This document shows positions 9,401 to 22,971 of a stretch of 45,495 bases of DNA, piece by piece. Source of the stretch: Vezdaea acicularis (lineage: Eukaryota); the NCBI GenBank assembly GCA_026025075.1, contig JAPEUI010000060.1, forward strand, positions 62,001 to 107,495. Reading direction: 5' to 3'. Every line of letters begins with the position of its first letter. Within the stretch, counting starts at the first letter, position 1. Both the position numbers and the translations under genes were made by a program. The notes under the pieces were generated by a model. It did not search any database and was not told where the DNA came from. It worked only from the letters and a program-made list of their open reading frames with translations.

Positions 9401-12192
9401 CTACCACTCCGGCGGGGGCTCATAATCGCTCACCCCGACATCCCCTCTATACCTCCTCGACGCGGGGCCCGTAGGCATGGGCCCCCCTAGAATGGGAGCA
9501 CCTTCTCTCTGCGCATTCGTGCCGGCACTAATCGTACTCGTTCCGCCCGCACTAATACTACTCGCCAGACCGCTCACGCCGACCCCACCAATCGGCCAAT
9601 CGCCGCGCACTTTCTCTTTCTGCCAGCGCGGCGCGCTCTCGGTGGTCCCGTCGTTGGCGTAGGCGCCGCCGTTGTTGACCCACTGTTTGGCGCGGCGGCG
9701 CGTCTCGTCGATGGTGCGAGTCTCGGTCTCGCCGCTGCTGCTGCGCTCGCGGCCGGAGGCCGTCACGCCGGGGAGGACCTGTGCTTGGTCGCGCCAGCGC
9801 TGCTGTTGGCGGCGGTGGCGCGCGGCGTCGAGGGTATTGTCGTCGTCGGCTTCGTCGGTGGCGTTCGTCCAGGTGCGGGGCACGATCCAGCAGTGGCTTC
9901 GGAGCGGGTTTGCTTCTTCGATGCTGGGTTCGGCTTGGGTGCGCCAGGGGGGCGTGCCGCGCAGTTTGGGGGAGAGGAAGTATTGTACGTCGTCGACGAA
10001 GCGGAGGCCCGGCGTGTCGACGGAGAGGGTGGAGAGGATCTGCAGGATGCCGTAGAGGAGCACCCAGCGGCCTTTGCGGGCGACGTAGGGGTCGATCTCG
10101 CCGGGCCGGTCCGTCTTCTCGAAGCGGGAGAAGGCCTCGACGAGCTCGTTGGAGACAAATTCAGAACCTAGATGGTAGATGTTTGTGGCTTCGGAGTAGG
10201 CAAGGGCGGCGCGCTTCTCCGTACTGCGGTCGTCCGACGGTTTGGGCTTTTTGGCGCCGAAGAGACCGCCTTGCTTGGTGGCGTGGTGTGCTGGCGGGAT
10301 CGATTCCGGCACGATGGGGAACGGGTGCGGGACGTGCTGGAAGCGGTACTTGTTGTCGAAAGAGATCAGGATCTCGGTGATGGGGAGATCTTCGGTGTCG
10401 GCGTGGAAATTTGCCTTCGCCGACTTGCTCACAATGTCCCATTTCCGCCCGCTGCGGAACTCGCTCTCATCCCACTCGACGTCTCGGTCGACGAGATAGT
10501 CGTACAGCGCGCCAAAGTCGCGCTGCAGCCGTTGCACCAGGTCTCGTGTGAGCCAGCCTTCGCGATCCTCGGACTGCTGGGGAGGCCACGCCCAGTATAC
10601 ATGCTCATAGAACTTGATGAGGAACTTGCGGAACCTCTCGAAGCTGGCGCGGGCGGGTGGGGTTGCGAGGGAACTGTTTGTCGGCGGCCACATCTCATTG
10701 AGATCGAACGCTGCCAGCTTCTCCTCCGCTCCACTGACTCGTACTTGAAGGTCGAGATGTGCGCGTTCCAGCAATGCTCGGGTTATCGCGCTGATGTCCC
10801 TTACTTCAGGCACGTTGATCAGCCGGCTGTACATCCCCGCACAGTGGACAAACGCCTCTCTCCACCCTTCTCTCCAGCGCACGTTGGGCATCTCGCTCCA
10901 GGCCAGCAGCCCAGCTGCAGAAGCCGGGTCGTTCCGCACGTCATCGAGGCCCTTCGAGACGATATAGTCGATAATCATGCTAGTGTTGTCGGACTCGGGG
11001 GGCATGTACATTTCCAGACGCTCGTGGAGATCGGCGAGCGCTTGGAACAGGTTGAGTCCCACCAGCGACTTGTCCATGAGAAGAGCAAAAACATTCCGCG
11101 TAGTCAAATGATGTCTGACGGTGTCGGTTTTTGACTGGTTCAGAGGCGCTGGGAAGTAGATCTCGTGAAGCACGGGAGCAGCGCCTTTGACGTTCCTCGG
11201 TTCGGATGACGATGGCGGAGTTGGTTGGCCCTTTTGCATGTAGTGATGCATCGACTGGAGCGTTTTCGGAGACCGTATTGGCAGGGTGTTGTCCGAGCCG
11301 GACCCAACGGAATGACTGCGTCCGATCGGGCTGCCATTTACGTTGTGGGCATTGTCCGGAGGGCTGTTCGGCGAGGGCGGAAAGTCGAAGTCATTGTTGT
11401 ATGTGTAGCCTTCTCGTAAGATGGTGATCAGGAAGGCCGACTCCGTCTCTTCGAGAACCGACGACGCAATCCGGAAGGAAGGAGAGGGACTTGCCCCGTG
11501 CAGGTCGTGTCCGAAAAATACCAAAGTATCGCCCAAAGGGTCCCACAGCTCCGGGTCCTGCGTGGAGAATATTAGCAACCAAATTTCTCGGACCTCGGCG
11601 ACATTCTGATACCAACCTTTTTCAGCTTATGCCATGGCGCCGGCAGCCTCCCGTTCCCCATCCACCTCTTGACTAATGGCCCCATATCGCCCGACCGGCC
11701 GCTACGGTGCCCCATATCGAAACTTTCCTCCTGGTGATGACCACGTGCCCTCGGCCGATGTGGGATAGGTACCGGTATGGGTGAGGTGGCCTGCGAGGGC
11801 TCGTAACTTCGTTCGGGGCTCGCAGAGCTCCCCGGTCTGACAGGACTTGGGTCGTCTGTTCGGGGCGCCGACCCTGTGATTGTGGACGCCAGCTTGTTTC
11901 GCACTTTATCGCTTTTGCTGTCCATGAAGGAGCGCAATGCGCTCTTCTCGATCCCCGTCTCCAACGTCGGCAGAGTCGGACGTCGACCATATTGATCAAC
12001 TTCCGAGCCTGAGCTGATGGATGTACCACTTCTCTGGCGGGAGAATGATGAGCTCTGGAGGGATCCATCTCCGGCGAGAGGCTGGCCATACCCGGCGTAG
12101 GCCTGTTGTTGGGTCGTCGGGCGCCGTGGCGGGGCAGGTTTTTTCATCAACTCATTGTTCTTCTTCCTTACGTATGCACTTCGTCCCGACAT
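9401..12192 (-). CDS. Conserved fungal hypothetical protein, ~910 aa; exons 12192-11617, 11557-9401
   Basis: Phase-0 intron 11616-11558 (GTTGGT..GCTAAT..CAG) joins the 206-aa and 725-aa ORFs. Disordered N-terminus followed by a globular region (LWDPLGDTLVF, HLTTRNVFA, WREAFVHCAGM, DFGALYDYLVD, ARKGRWVLLYGILQ) typical of an uncharacterised Pezizomycotina family. Confidence 0.85.
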
Positions 12193-15100
12193 CGTTTTAA
12201 TCTCCTCGTATCGTTGCGTTGGCTTGGGGTGCCTTTGTGTGGTGCTCTCGGAAAGGACACTTTCAGAAGGAGTCGTTGGCGATGCTCATCCAAATCATAC
12301 AATAAATGGCGTCAGCTTGACACGGCAGCAGCGAAGAACGAAGCAATTGCTATAGCTGTCCCTTAGTTGACATGAGAGCTAAAACATTCCTCGCCAACAC
12401 AATTCTAGTCTTTGCATGCGTCGCAAGCTCCAATCGTTTAAGGTGATCCGTGCAGGAAGGAGGGAGGAATGGGCGAGCGGCGTTTATTGAGCTCAAATCG
12501 AGAATTGGGCCCAGCGAAGTCGAGCTCGCATGGAGCCCGAGGGTCGATAGCGGAAGGGAAGAGGACCCTAGTAGGCTCACAGAGCGGAGGATGGTATGCT
12601 AGGAGGGTGAAGTGAGGCGCCCTAGAAGAGGAATGCGCACCAATCGAAAGGCAGTGACCGAAGTGCTTCGAGAGACAGAGCGTGGTAGCGAAGGGCTTGA
12701 CGGCGATGGCCTGTGCGGTTGGGGATGTGAGCGGAGGCAGGATGAGGTCTCGGATGCGGAGAAAGGTCCCAAGTCCCACCTAGGGGTCCTTTTGTGACAG
12801 GTGGAGGTTGGAGTGTGGTTCCACCGTGTTCCCGGCGGAGTCTGCAAATACTGCCTGCGTTCTCGACAGGTCTGCGCGTACCAGATAGGCTGATCAATGG
12901 AAGCCAGAAGCCGTCTCGACGCGGAGAGCGACGGCGGAGGTACGGATAGAGTTCGAAGGGGGATTTAGAGGTTTGAGGCCACGAGGGATCTCGCGTTTGA
13001 GAAAGCTTAGGCTCAGGGACGAGGTGGTCTGTGGAGCAAGCACGAGGGGAAGAAAAAGAGAGTGGTGAAGGGTGGAAAAAGCAAGAAAGTCAGGTTCGAG
13101 GGATAAGGCTGCAGCAGGTGTAGATGGTCGAGGGCAGTAGGGCAGGGCAACGGCAGTCGGAAAGGATGAAGAGGGAGCGGGAGAGTGAGCGGAGGGCGAG
13201 ACGGGGTGGGAGTGTGTTCATGGCAAAGTGCTCGGTGGAGGTGGAAGTGGCCGTGCGGCCGTCAGAGCAATCCGTCAGCCCGTCGACCCAGAGTTGTCAC
13301 GTCTAGGGAGTGAGGGAGTGAGGGGAGTGGGCTGCTCCGTCCGTCTGGCCGCATACCGCTGGCTGCATACTGTGGGTTGCGTCGCGTTGGAGACCACGCC
13401 TTTTCGCCTAAGCTGTCCTCTCGCCGTTCGAACTGGCGCCGGCGGGGGACGTTTTTGGGGACTGGGCGGGCGCCCTCGATTGGACGCGGCCAGCCAAGTA
13501 AGCTTTCATTCTCCCCATCTTCCCTGCGCCGCCGCGTGGGCGCCGTGGGAGCGGTGGGAGCACATCTCAGCTACGGGACTTTAGTCGATCGAGTCCTAAT
13601 TCCGCGTGCGATAAGGGAGGGCTAAGACGGCTACGGCAGACGGGTCCAGCTCGACTGCGCAGCGCTCGCCGCTTAGTGGCCGCCGGCCTTCGACTTGCCC
13701 GATCCATCGATATTGGATTGATCGCGCGCGGAAGCCAGTCGCGATGTTTCCTCGACGACCGCCCTTCTCCAGTCCAACGGCAGCCAGGTACAGCTGCATG
13801 ACTTGGTCCATCGCGAGAGCCAGTGGGATGCCGTCCGCCCCTTCGTCTCGAGTAATTCCTTTTGGCGCTGTGCCCTCCCTTTGCGTCGGGAATCTACCGA
13901 AATTGTCCGAGCGGGAACGGCAAGCCACCCCAGAGCCCTTGCCGATGCTTTGACGACGTTGTTTCTTCAAAGTCTCTCCCTTGACCTCGTCGACACCGCA
14001 GCGGGTACTTCTGGTATCTTGATCGCTCCATCTGCTCTTCGCCGGAGCAGATGCAGGATGGGCCGGAGCGTTGATCACCTCCCACATGGCCAAAACCATG
14101 GCGTGGGGCTCCAACACGTCGAGGCGACGAAGTAGAAGCAATGAACGCTCATCCATCTTTTTGCAAATCCAATCATGCCAATACTCTCTTGCTTGCTATG
14201 AAGGCTTGCTTGGCCAGGTCGTGAGGAGAGGACGTGATACCGCCGAAGCAATTGCTTTGGACTCCTCCATCTTGCAGTCTTTCTCTCGTACTAGAGCGCC
14301 TTCAGAAGCAAATCAGCGCACATGTGAATACGTGAAATATTCTCGAGCACAAGCCATTCCAGGTGATCTGCCGGGCAAAGAAATGCTGCCAGCACAGCAT
14401 TCTACCGGCAACAGATCTGTTGCATCAGACTCTCATCGCCGCCGTTTGCGGTGATAGTGCTGAACAGTACTTAGGTCCAGCCATTGTTGCAGACCCACTC
14501 TGCCACATTCATGTCTGGAACGTAGACCAGCCCCGCAACATACGGATCAGCCGGTATGACATCTGGAGCTCCAGCTCTCTTCTTCACCCTCCCGTCAAAC
14601 GTTCATCTGGGGTAAATCAGTCGCACCATCGCATGACCGTCACAGGGTTTATTTCAGCCGGAGGGTCGGCAAGCGACTTCCGTGCGGCTAACCTTCATGG
14701 AACGACCCTAAGAGCAGTCCCCGTCAAATGCTAAAAGTGCATTCCGACGGATCACTCACCTCCCCACTCTCCCACCTCATCTCAAGTTCCCCGCTTCGCA
14801 TGTGGCCCGATGTCTTGCAGGGTTTGGCTCTCGCCTCCGGACATGATCCCATCCGCTTGGCCCACTCGGGCACATCACACGCCCCTCTCCGTATGGCTGG
14901 AGCGGTGGGCAGGCAGCGTGGCGACCCCTCGACGATGGTTGGTCGCCGTGCGAGGTGGGTGGAGCGTCGAGCACATGGACGCTGGTCGACGCTCGCATGG
15001 TAATCGCATGGCTGCCACGAGGATCCCCGATGAGCAGCTCTCGCGAGCACGGCCAATGGAGGGGCTGCATGGCGTCCCCACCCCTACTTCAGCTCCGGCC

Positions 15101-17113
15101 GCGCTGCTTCGGCATTGACGACATGTTGCGCCGGTCCCACGACGCCAACGGCATTGCCCTCGGAACGTGCGATGCAGCGCGACTAAGACATCGGCGCCGT
15201 CTCTCCGCCGGCGTCGATGAAGATGCGCACCGCACGTTGGGGTTAAGTTAGCTTACCGTCCGTTGCTGGCTCGAATGTGCGATTCGCAGCGACGCTAAGC
15301 CGACAGCGATATTCCTCGTACTTGGCCCCTCTTACCAGCCTGTGTGATGCAGCATGGAGGACTGTTCACCAAGACCACGATGCAGAGACACTGTCGCCCA
15401 GAGAACTTGGCACATTCCCTTGCCATCAAGAGCCTACCTCGTCCAATAGTAAGTCCGCCTGCATGGGAAGCTACGGATCATCGGCCGATACCCTACATCC
15501 CGGAACACCCACTCACCTCTCCGCCCACTCGGTGCAGCGTCCACGCAAGGCTCGTCATGGCGCCTCAACTTCCCCTCTCGTTCTCAAGAAGACCACAACA
15601 TCCTGTCCGGCCAAGTGATTCCATCCCAGCAGCGTTCCGCAATGTCTCCGCGCTCCCACGCACTGCCAAGCCCGCGCTTGCCCCAACCGAAAGATATCGA
15701 GATAAGCTCTGGCTCGCTCTCTCGCCTTCGCGGCCCCTTCGCCATGTGTCACCGCTATCACGGGCCTTGGCACCAGCGTCCTCTCTTTCGAATCGGGTTC
15801 GACCTCACGAGCGCGGCATGGAGCAGCCGCAACCCCGCCCGACGTGACAGGTGGCTGACTGAGTGGAGACGGGGGTGGGGGTCGCGTCGTGAATACGCCA
15901 AGGTGGGACTTTGACATCAATATCTCCGGTATAATTATGCGGTTCGGATGCTCTTGCAGGCGGAAGACTCATCTTCACCGTCTCCAACGCTTAGATTACA
16001 CCGTATTAGCACTTAATCCAGCACTAAAGGTCCGGCTCGACTCTCCCTTCTCGACCACTCAACTCTTCGGGCTCACAAGCACTCATAGCGCCCAGCAAGA
16101 CCTTATATCTAGCAGCCAAAAGAAATAACCGCAGGAACAGTATTAGGGCTCAGACCCCCTGCTAACCCACTAGTGATCTAGTGGCGGTCCCCTCACGAAC
16201 GTCCTATCCGGGAACTGCGCCAAATGAACCTCGCACTGACAGTCAATGTGCGTTTCCGCAATAAGTAAACAATTCATGCTGCAGCCCCCAACAACGACGA
16301 CTACTACGGTGAGCTCCCTGCCTCTCGGATAGTCGAGATCCTTCGATCCCGTGCCTTTGTTGCACCCATACAGGAAGTAAGCCGCGGAGATATGCCTTGC
16401 ACCAATGTTTCAATGAGCTTGACCCTCCACTGCTTTGATGATATGAGCTCCATGTGATGTTAAATGCAGACTCCCCATCGCTCAAACTGGAAATGCAAAT
16501 CCTGACACAATCCCCAAGCCTCAGGAGGTGTTGCTCTACATGAACGTACGCACGCCACGTGACGGGTTTACAAACGGTCTTTACTGGGGAAGGGAGGAAT
16601 GATAATAGCGGCCTCTTCATAGGTAGCAGCACCATCGTCAGATAGGTGAAGATCGAAATCATGAATGACTCTGTTCGATTATTGATCATTTTACACCCTT
16701 TTCATAGATCGTATAAAGTAGGGCACCCTCCTCTTCGCTTTTTTATTTTTCCATCCGATATATTTCCACTCTCCAGTACCGCTGTCATGAAACCACCGCG
16801 GAATTCATCCATCATTCGACCGCCGCGTCTGGAAACCCTTGCTGGCAGATAGCCTGCGTGAGCTCAAATTCTCTTAGAGGCGGGTTCTGCAGCAGCATTT
16901 GGGGGCCGTTTATGCCCAATCTGAGCGCGCAAGCACCATCATTTCTAATGATTATTGCGATCCATTTGGAACACGGCAAGTTCCACGAACTGCACCTCGA
17001 TATATAACATTTCAGAGCTTTATGATCTAATTCTTTTTTTCATCGATCGCGTTTCATCTAGAGCTTTATGCTTAAGCTCACATTCTCAATATCTCTCTGA
17101 ATTGCTTCTCGCA

Positions 17114-18348
17114 ATGTCTTCGTTTCCGTCCTTAGACATATATCTCAACTATGCTATTCTCGCCTCCGCTACTTTTGGGATATACACTCTACTCAGACAT
17201 CTTCTCCGCCTCTTCGATGCCCCCCCGAAACCCATCCCCTCGCCCCTCACCACCCAAATTCCAAACCTCACGCAACCCATAACCAACGAGCTTCCATACC
17301 CACCAGACGCCTACCCCGGCGCCAGAGACGTCGAAAGCCCATACGGGCGGTTAAGAGTCTATGAGTTTGGACCTGAGGACGGAGAGAAAGTGCTCTGTAT
17401 CCACGGCATATCGACGCCTTGTATTGCCTTTACGGGCATTCTAGACAAGCTTGTCAAGCAAGGAAAGCGAGTAATGACGTTTGGTGTGTTCTACATCTTC
17501 ACGTATCAGGGCGGAATGTTGAGCATGCTCTAATTCTCACGAAATGATCAGATCTTTGGGGACGTGGATATTCGGAGACGCCTGTACTGGACCATGATAA
17601 CCGGCTTTATACAACTGCGATCTTGCTGGCTCTGAGCTCGTCCGAGTTGCACTGGACTAAGCCAAGGGCATTCATGCTCATTGGTTATTCCCTTGGCGGC
17701 GCGATTGCGGTGGCTTTCGCATCGTACTTTCCTTGGGTGGTTCGTTCATTAGTACTCTTAGCTCCTGGCGGGCTGATCAGACCTTATCACATGAAACAGC
17801 AGTATTGGCTCAAAAGCCTAGATGGCGTGGTTCCAGAGAGTCTCCTTCAATGGGCTGCTCACAGGAGCATCAATAAAGTCCGGAAAACCGTACTGAGCGA
17901 TGCTGCAACCAAGAAGAAGCTTAGGGTAGAAGATCCCGATACTATCAAGGCATTCCAGCGGCCGCTGACTATACCGGCGGTCATCGAGTGGCAGATCGCC
18001 CATCATGAGGGCTTCATGTATTCCTTCATGTCGTCGCTCAGACACGGTCCAATCACGAACCAACACGAAGACTGGAGAAGGCTCGGAAAGGTACTCTCAG
18101 AAGCAGCTGCTGAGACGCCTAAAACCTTCGCAAAAGCAAGAGTCCTTATTATCCTGGGTGAAAAAGACCCGATTATCATTGAAGATGAGATCATCTCGGA
18201 CGCTACTGACGCGCTGGGAGGAGCGCATAATGTCGAGTTTTTTGTTGTGGGAGGGGAGTCTCATGATTTCCCGATCACGAGGAGCGATGTTGTGGTTGAG
18301 CAGATATCGCGCTGGCAGGCGCGTTCATCTAAAAGGGGCAATGAATAA
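17114..18348 (+). CDS. Alpha/beta-fold hydrolase with N-terminal membrane anchor; exons 17114-17483, 17552-18348
   Basis: HGISTP oxyanion motif, D-LWGRGYS across intron 17484-17551 (GTGTGT..CTAAT..CAG), nucleophile elbow GYSLGG, candidate acid in GEKDPII and His in ESHDFP. Confidence 0.9.
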
Positions 18349-19238
18349 CTTGGCAGGACAAGGCACAGATTCAAGGGAAATATCATGGCAAAGCAAGTGA
18401 CATGAGGAGATCAACCATTTCGCATACCCTTGAGATACTTTCAAGTTTCGGTGAAGCATGAGACCGGAGTTCTGGAGCTGTGGAGAAGCTGGTTTTGGAG
18501 CAGATCGACTCATGGAATGTATCCTATGGATGAAGGGGATTAACACAGGACGCATACTGGGCAAAGACGTGAAAGAGAAGACGTAGGGTCTCGATATTGG
18601 ACTATTCACTCTAAAGAAGTTCTCCCAAGATGATGAAGCCCATTCTAGTTTGGCAATGAGAGTGGGCGACTGCTATGACTGCGGTATGGATGGGGAGTCT
18701 GCCGGCGTTGCAATGGGCTTCAGCATGCTTGTGAGGATATAGAGCGATTTGCAAATTGAGGCCTTGCTTCTGTAGCACGCTTACTAGGGCAAGGACTGCA
18801 GGGTTAATGAATCAGATTATAGGAGCATTTAGCACGATCCTGTTGCGCTTTCGGTGAAGTGTTCGGCTGGCTAAGCTTCACGGCTTGTGCGCAAACTTAA
18901 TATTAACGTGATTGGTCAATTTTAGCGAAGCGGAGCTAGACCGCAAGCGAGCACAACAGTAACGCTCAAGGTAAACAAACCAGAACGATACACCAATTTT
19001 TATTATCATCGGTATCAGTTCTCGACCAACGACCACGCCGCTGAATTTTACGAGCGACGCTGCCCAGCATCTGACCATACTGACACTCAAAAAGCTGTTT
19101 GATGCCTTGACAGTCAGAAAATCCCATTCAATCTGCTATCCATTCTCCGTTAATCCAACGCACCTCGGAGCTACCTTGCTCGAGGGAGCTCTGCGCCCCA
19201 TACCAGCTTCAAGCCCACATAGCGGGACTTAAGCCTGG

Positions 19239-22200
19239 ATGGCTCTGTCTCCTACGTCTCGAAGCCGGGCTCGCGCCATTCGGGAGATGGCTCGAGACCT
19301 CAATCGGACAAATCACTCCGCCATCTCCTCCACCGGTTCTAACCACGGCTCTGTTCCTGAATCGACATTGTCAGACTTTGACCCTGAAAATGAAGCGCTT
19401 ATGTCCACGCGTCAGATGGATAATATCAGTCAAAAGCTGCCCGAGATCCGCGCCTCTGCTAAGAAATATAGCCGGTACACACGCCCGGACCTGGACTTCG
19501 TTATCAATACTTCCGCTGTTGATCGGGCCTTTCCAGATTTCACTGGCGGTGGCAGCTCTTCGGAGGATAGTGCTTCTATTGAAATCGGTCGAGGCAATAA
19601 GAAGATCAGCTCAACGCGTCTTCGGCAATCACAGGGCCAGTCTAATGCGCGCTACGATGCTGAAGATGGCGTTCTCTCCTCAAAGGCTATGATCGGTACC
19701 TTTGAGGTACTGAGTACACCTCCAGCAAGGCCTCATGGCGATTCTGCAAAGATCACGAAACATGTGATTCAAAAGTCACCAGCTCGACGTGATTCTCCAT
19801 CGCAGAAAGAAAACCAACCACCAATAAGAGCTATCAAGAGCGCCGACTATGGCTCTGGTGGCAGCAGACAGAGCAGTGGAGATCATCGGCCAACGCTCAA
19901 GCAAATGCATGCTCGTGTTAGAGACGAGAACGAAGACTCTTTCATGGAGGAAGACCGACCAGCCACGGTGACCTTTACAAACAAGGCGACAAGATTCGGC
20001 AATGGCAAGAGCAGGCAATCATCCTCAGCTTTGCCCACCACTATCCCAAACATTCCTCAGAACTTCACATCTACGGACTCCTTCATGGACCAGCTGAGGC
20101 ACGGTGCTCATCCAGATCAGCAACAACCATATACGAACAACTCTGCTGCCAATACTGGCCAGCAATCAATCGCCCTCCCAGATTTACCGAATATCTCTGA
20201 ACTCGTCTCAGGCGTATACCAAGATGGTACACCTGTCTTTTCACGATCAGGCAAAGCCTCGTCTCGCTTCAAGTCCCCAAACTCGAGGAATCCCAACAAG
20301 CCCAACTTTGCTCCGCTGGACGGCATTCCAGTTCCAGAAGAAGAACGTGCGATTTTTGTGTCGCTCAAGCTCCTGCAAGACAAAGTTGCCTTTTTGGAAG
20401 ATGAGAAGGCCGGATACGAGCAAAGGGTTGAAGAGCTCCAGGGTGAAGTATATACCTTGAGAGCCGAGAACAATCATAACGCCCAACATCGTCGCTCTGA
20501 TAGCGCCCTGGGCCTAGCCGATAGTGGAAGTGACGGGGATCTGCGGCGCAATGGCCGATATGCTGCTGAGAAATCAAGTGAGTTGCCATCTGCCGGAGTG
20601 TGCCCATACGTGGGACTAATAACCTGTGCTAGAGCTAGAAGCTATCGTGAAGACACTTCAGGACCGGATAGACACTGCAAATCGTAAGGTGTCTGTTAAT
20701 GAGATTTCAATCAAGAACCTTACACAAGAGCGCGATAATGCGGTCTCGCAGCTTGGAGTGGCATACTACACGACCAATGAGCTGAAGGCTGAAAATGAAT
20801 CCTTAAAGAACGAAAACGAGAAGCTCAAGGCGCAAGTTGCTGCTTATGAGAATGAGACTCAGAAGTGGGCTAAGAAAGAAGCCGGCCTTAAGAAGAAAGT
20901 CCAGCGGCGAGAAGAGGCCGTTAAAGAGGTCAGGGAAATGACTAAAGAGATCTGGGAATTGAAGGGACAGGCAGATCTCCCGGTCAGCAGAGGACGTGCA
21001 GATAAAGAAACAGGGACCGCTCAAAGCTCTGGGAAAGATCGACAAACGTCCAGCCGAGCAGCTTCGAAGAGAAGTTCTCAGTCCAAGCTTGATGAGAGGA
21101 TTCAGAGCGAGATTGATCGCGTCCAACATAACAACATCCAGCTATCGTCAACGCATGGGCCAGGGATCTCAACGAACAAGGCGAGCAGCTCCGAGACTCG
21201 AGCAAGGTCCAGATCCAGATCTCGTCGTTGTTCTGATGCGATTTCTGCCAAGGATACACAAAGTAGAAAGACCGGAAAGACGGTAGTTGTGCAGTCCTAT
21301 GTCGATAGCGACGATGCTGAACAGTCTATCGACATCACCGAAGGTATTGATAAATCCATAAGGGATCCCACGGGAACTGGCCGCGACACCGCGGCCGAGT
21401 CCTCTATGTCCATCTTCGAGGTGAGTCTTGGAAGGCGCTCCTATACTAAGCTGCTTGCTGACACCTTTTTAGAACAGAGAAGTCGCTGCCCTCCGCGAAA
21501 TCCTGGAGGCTGAACGAGCCAAGCATCGTGAGCGTCAGGGCTCGGGCTACTCTGGCACTACAGCTCGCCAGGAGAAAGAGGATACCATCCACTCTCATCG
21601 ATCTAGTAGCTCGGTCCGTGGCCGAAAGCAAAGCCTTCCTCGCAAGTCCTCGATGAAGAGCCTATCGGGACGACGCGATAGTGGTACCATGCAACACGCC
21701 ACCGAAGAAGAACTCACCGGCCGCTTTAGCATCAAGAATGGTGAACTGACTGGAGTCCTATCAGAGAAGGGTATTGCTGATGATCATACCACCCACTCCC
21801 GCGCCTCATCCGTCGCCCATCGTAGACGCAGTGAGCCTGTCAAGCGCAATGCACGAGAGATGACATCTGCCTTCATCATCCCAGATATCACCATCGACCT
21901 ATCGACCTTCAACCCAGCCGCAGGGAACGCCACTCTCTCAACCGCCGCCAAAAAGGTCCTCAATAACATCGCCGGTCACGATGCGACCAATTGCACCGTC
22001 TGCCGACAATACACCGCCTCCTCCAACACGAAAGAAACCCTCCTCGTCAAGAAACCCGTCCCCGTCTCCGAGCGCATGCCCGAACACACAGCCTACAACG
22101 AAGAACCCACCCTCCGTCCCTCCCAGCCCCCAAGCGTCGCTTTAGCCACCATCCTCAAAAGCCTCGAAGACGAGCTCGCCCACCTGAAGCTCGAGATCGC

Positions 22201-22582
22201 CAAATGGCAGAGCGTCTACAACGCCCACGACGCCAGCCTCGCCAAACGCGACCGCAAGCGCTTTGCAAAGAAGCTCGAAACCCTGCTCAAACAGGCCGAC
22301 CAGAAAGCAGACCAGATCTATGCCCTCTACGACGTTCTCGAGGGTCAGAAACTGGCTGGAAGAGAGATGGGCCGCGAAGAGGTCGAGGTCACGCTCCAGA
22401 ATATCGGTATTGATCTTAGTCAGCTTACTGCCCGTCATCGGCCTGCAAATGATGATGAGCCTGAGACGGACGACTCGCGTCATAGCGATGAGGCGAGTAG
22501 TGCGGATAGTGAGGAGGAAATGGATCTTCCCTGGGAGGGCCTCGATGGGAGCACGAATCCGCATAGTACCCGCTTTGCATAG
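19239..22582 (+). CDS. ppc89: Spindle pole body protein Ppc89/Cep57-like; exons 19239-20577, 20633-21420, 21473-22582
   Basis: LPDLPNISELVSG motif, long coiled coil (LTQERDNAVSQLGVAY), C-terminal EEPTLRPSQPPSVALATILKSLEDEL...KADQIYALYDVLEGQ microtubule-binding-type domain. Introns 20578-20632 and 21421-21472 restore a single frame. Confidence 0.85.
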
Positions 22583-22703
22583 AAGACTCACCGGCTTTAC
22601 GTATACTCTACCTCCATTTCTGGATCATACAGGATAATGCGATCACGAGGCTTGGACCAAAGAGCATGGCACGGCGTGGCCCTGCGTTCGTTGTATCGCG
22701 GTG

Positions 22704-22971
22704 TTTTTTTGGCTTTTTACGGCGTTTTTTTTTTGTTGTTCGTTTGATATGGTTTCCCCCCTTTTCTTTTTTGGGGGTTCTTCTAGACTGCATGGTCTGT
22801 CCTTCCCCAAGAGAGGGAGCAGCGGAGTGCAGGAGACGTCTGAGAGTCGGAGAGAGATGGAGAAGGCTGCGTCGTGTTCGACTGACTTCGGTGTATGTCC
22901 ACGATGCAACTCCTCTCCCTCTCTTCTCTTTCCTCTTCCTCCTTCGTCTGCACTTCTCTCTCTCTCTCTCT
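22704..22971. repeat. Poly-T tracts and a (TC)8 microsatellite (22955-22971) between convergent gene ends
   Basis: Runs visible directly in the sequence. Confidence 0.7.

Noticed and set aside
10172..11134. 320-aa plus-strand ORF (also 34449-35129, 23565-23987, 6978-7550, 3490-3918)
   Set aside because: Antisense shadows of genes with strong C/G third-position bias, which removes stops on the opposite strand; no motifs of their own.
16243..16689. 148-aa minus-strand ORF with a hydrophobic start
   Set aside because: No codon bias, motif or supporting splice structure; cannot be supported as a gene.
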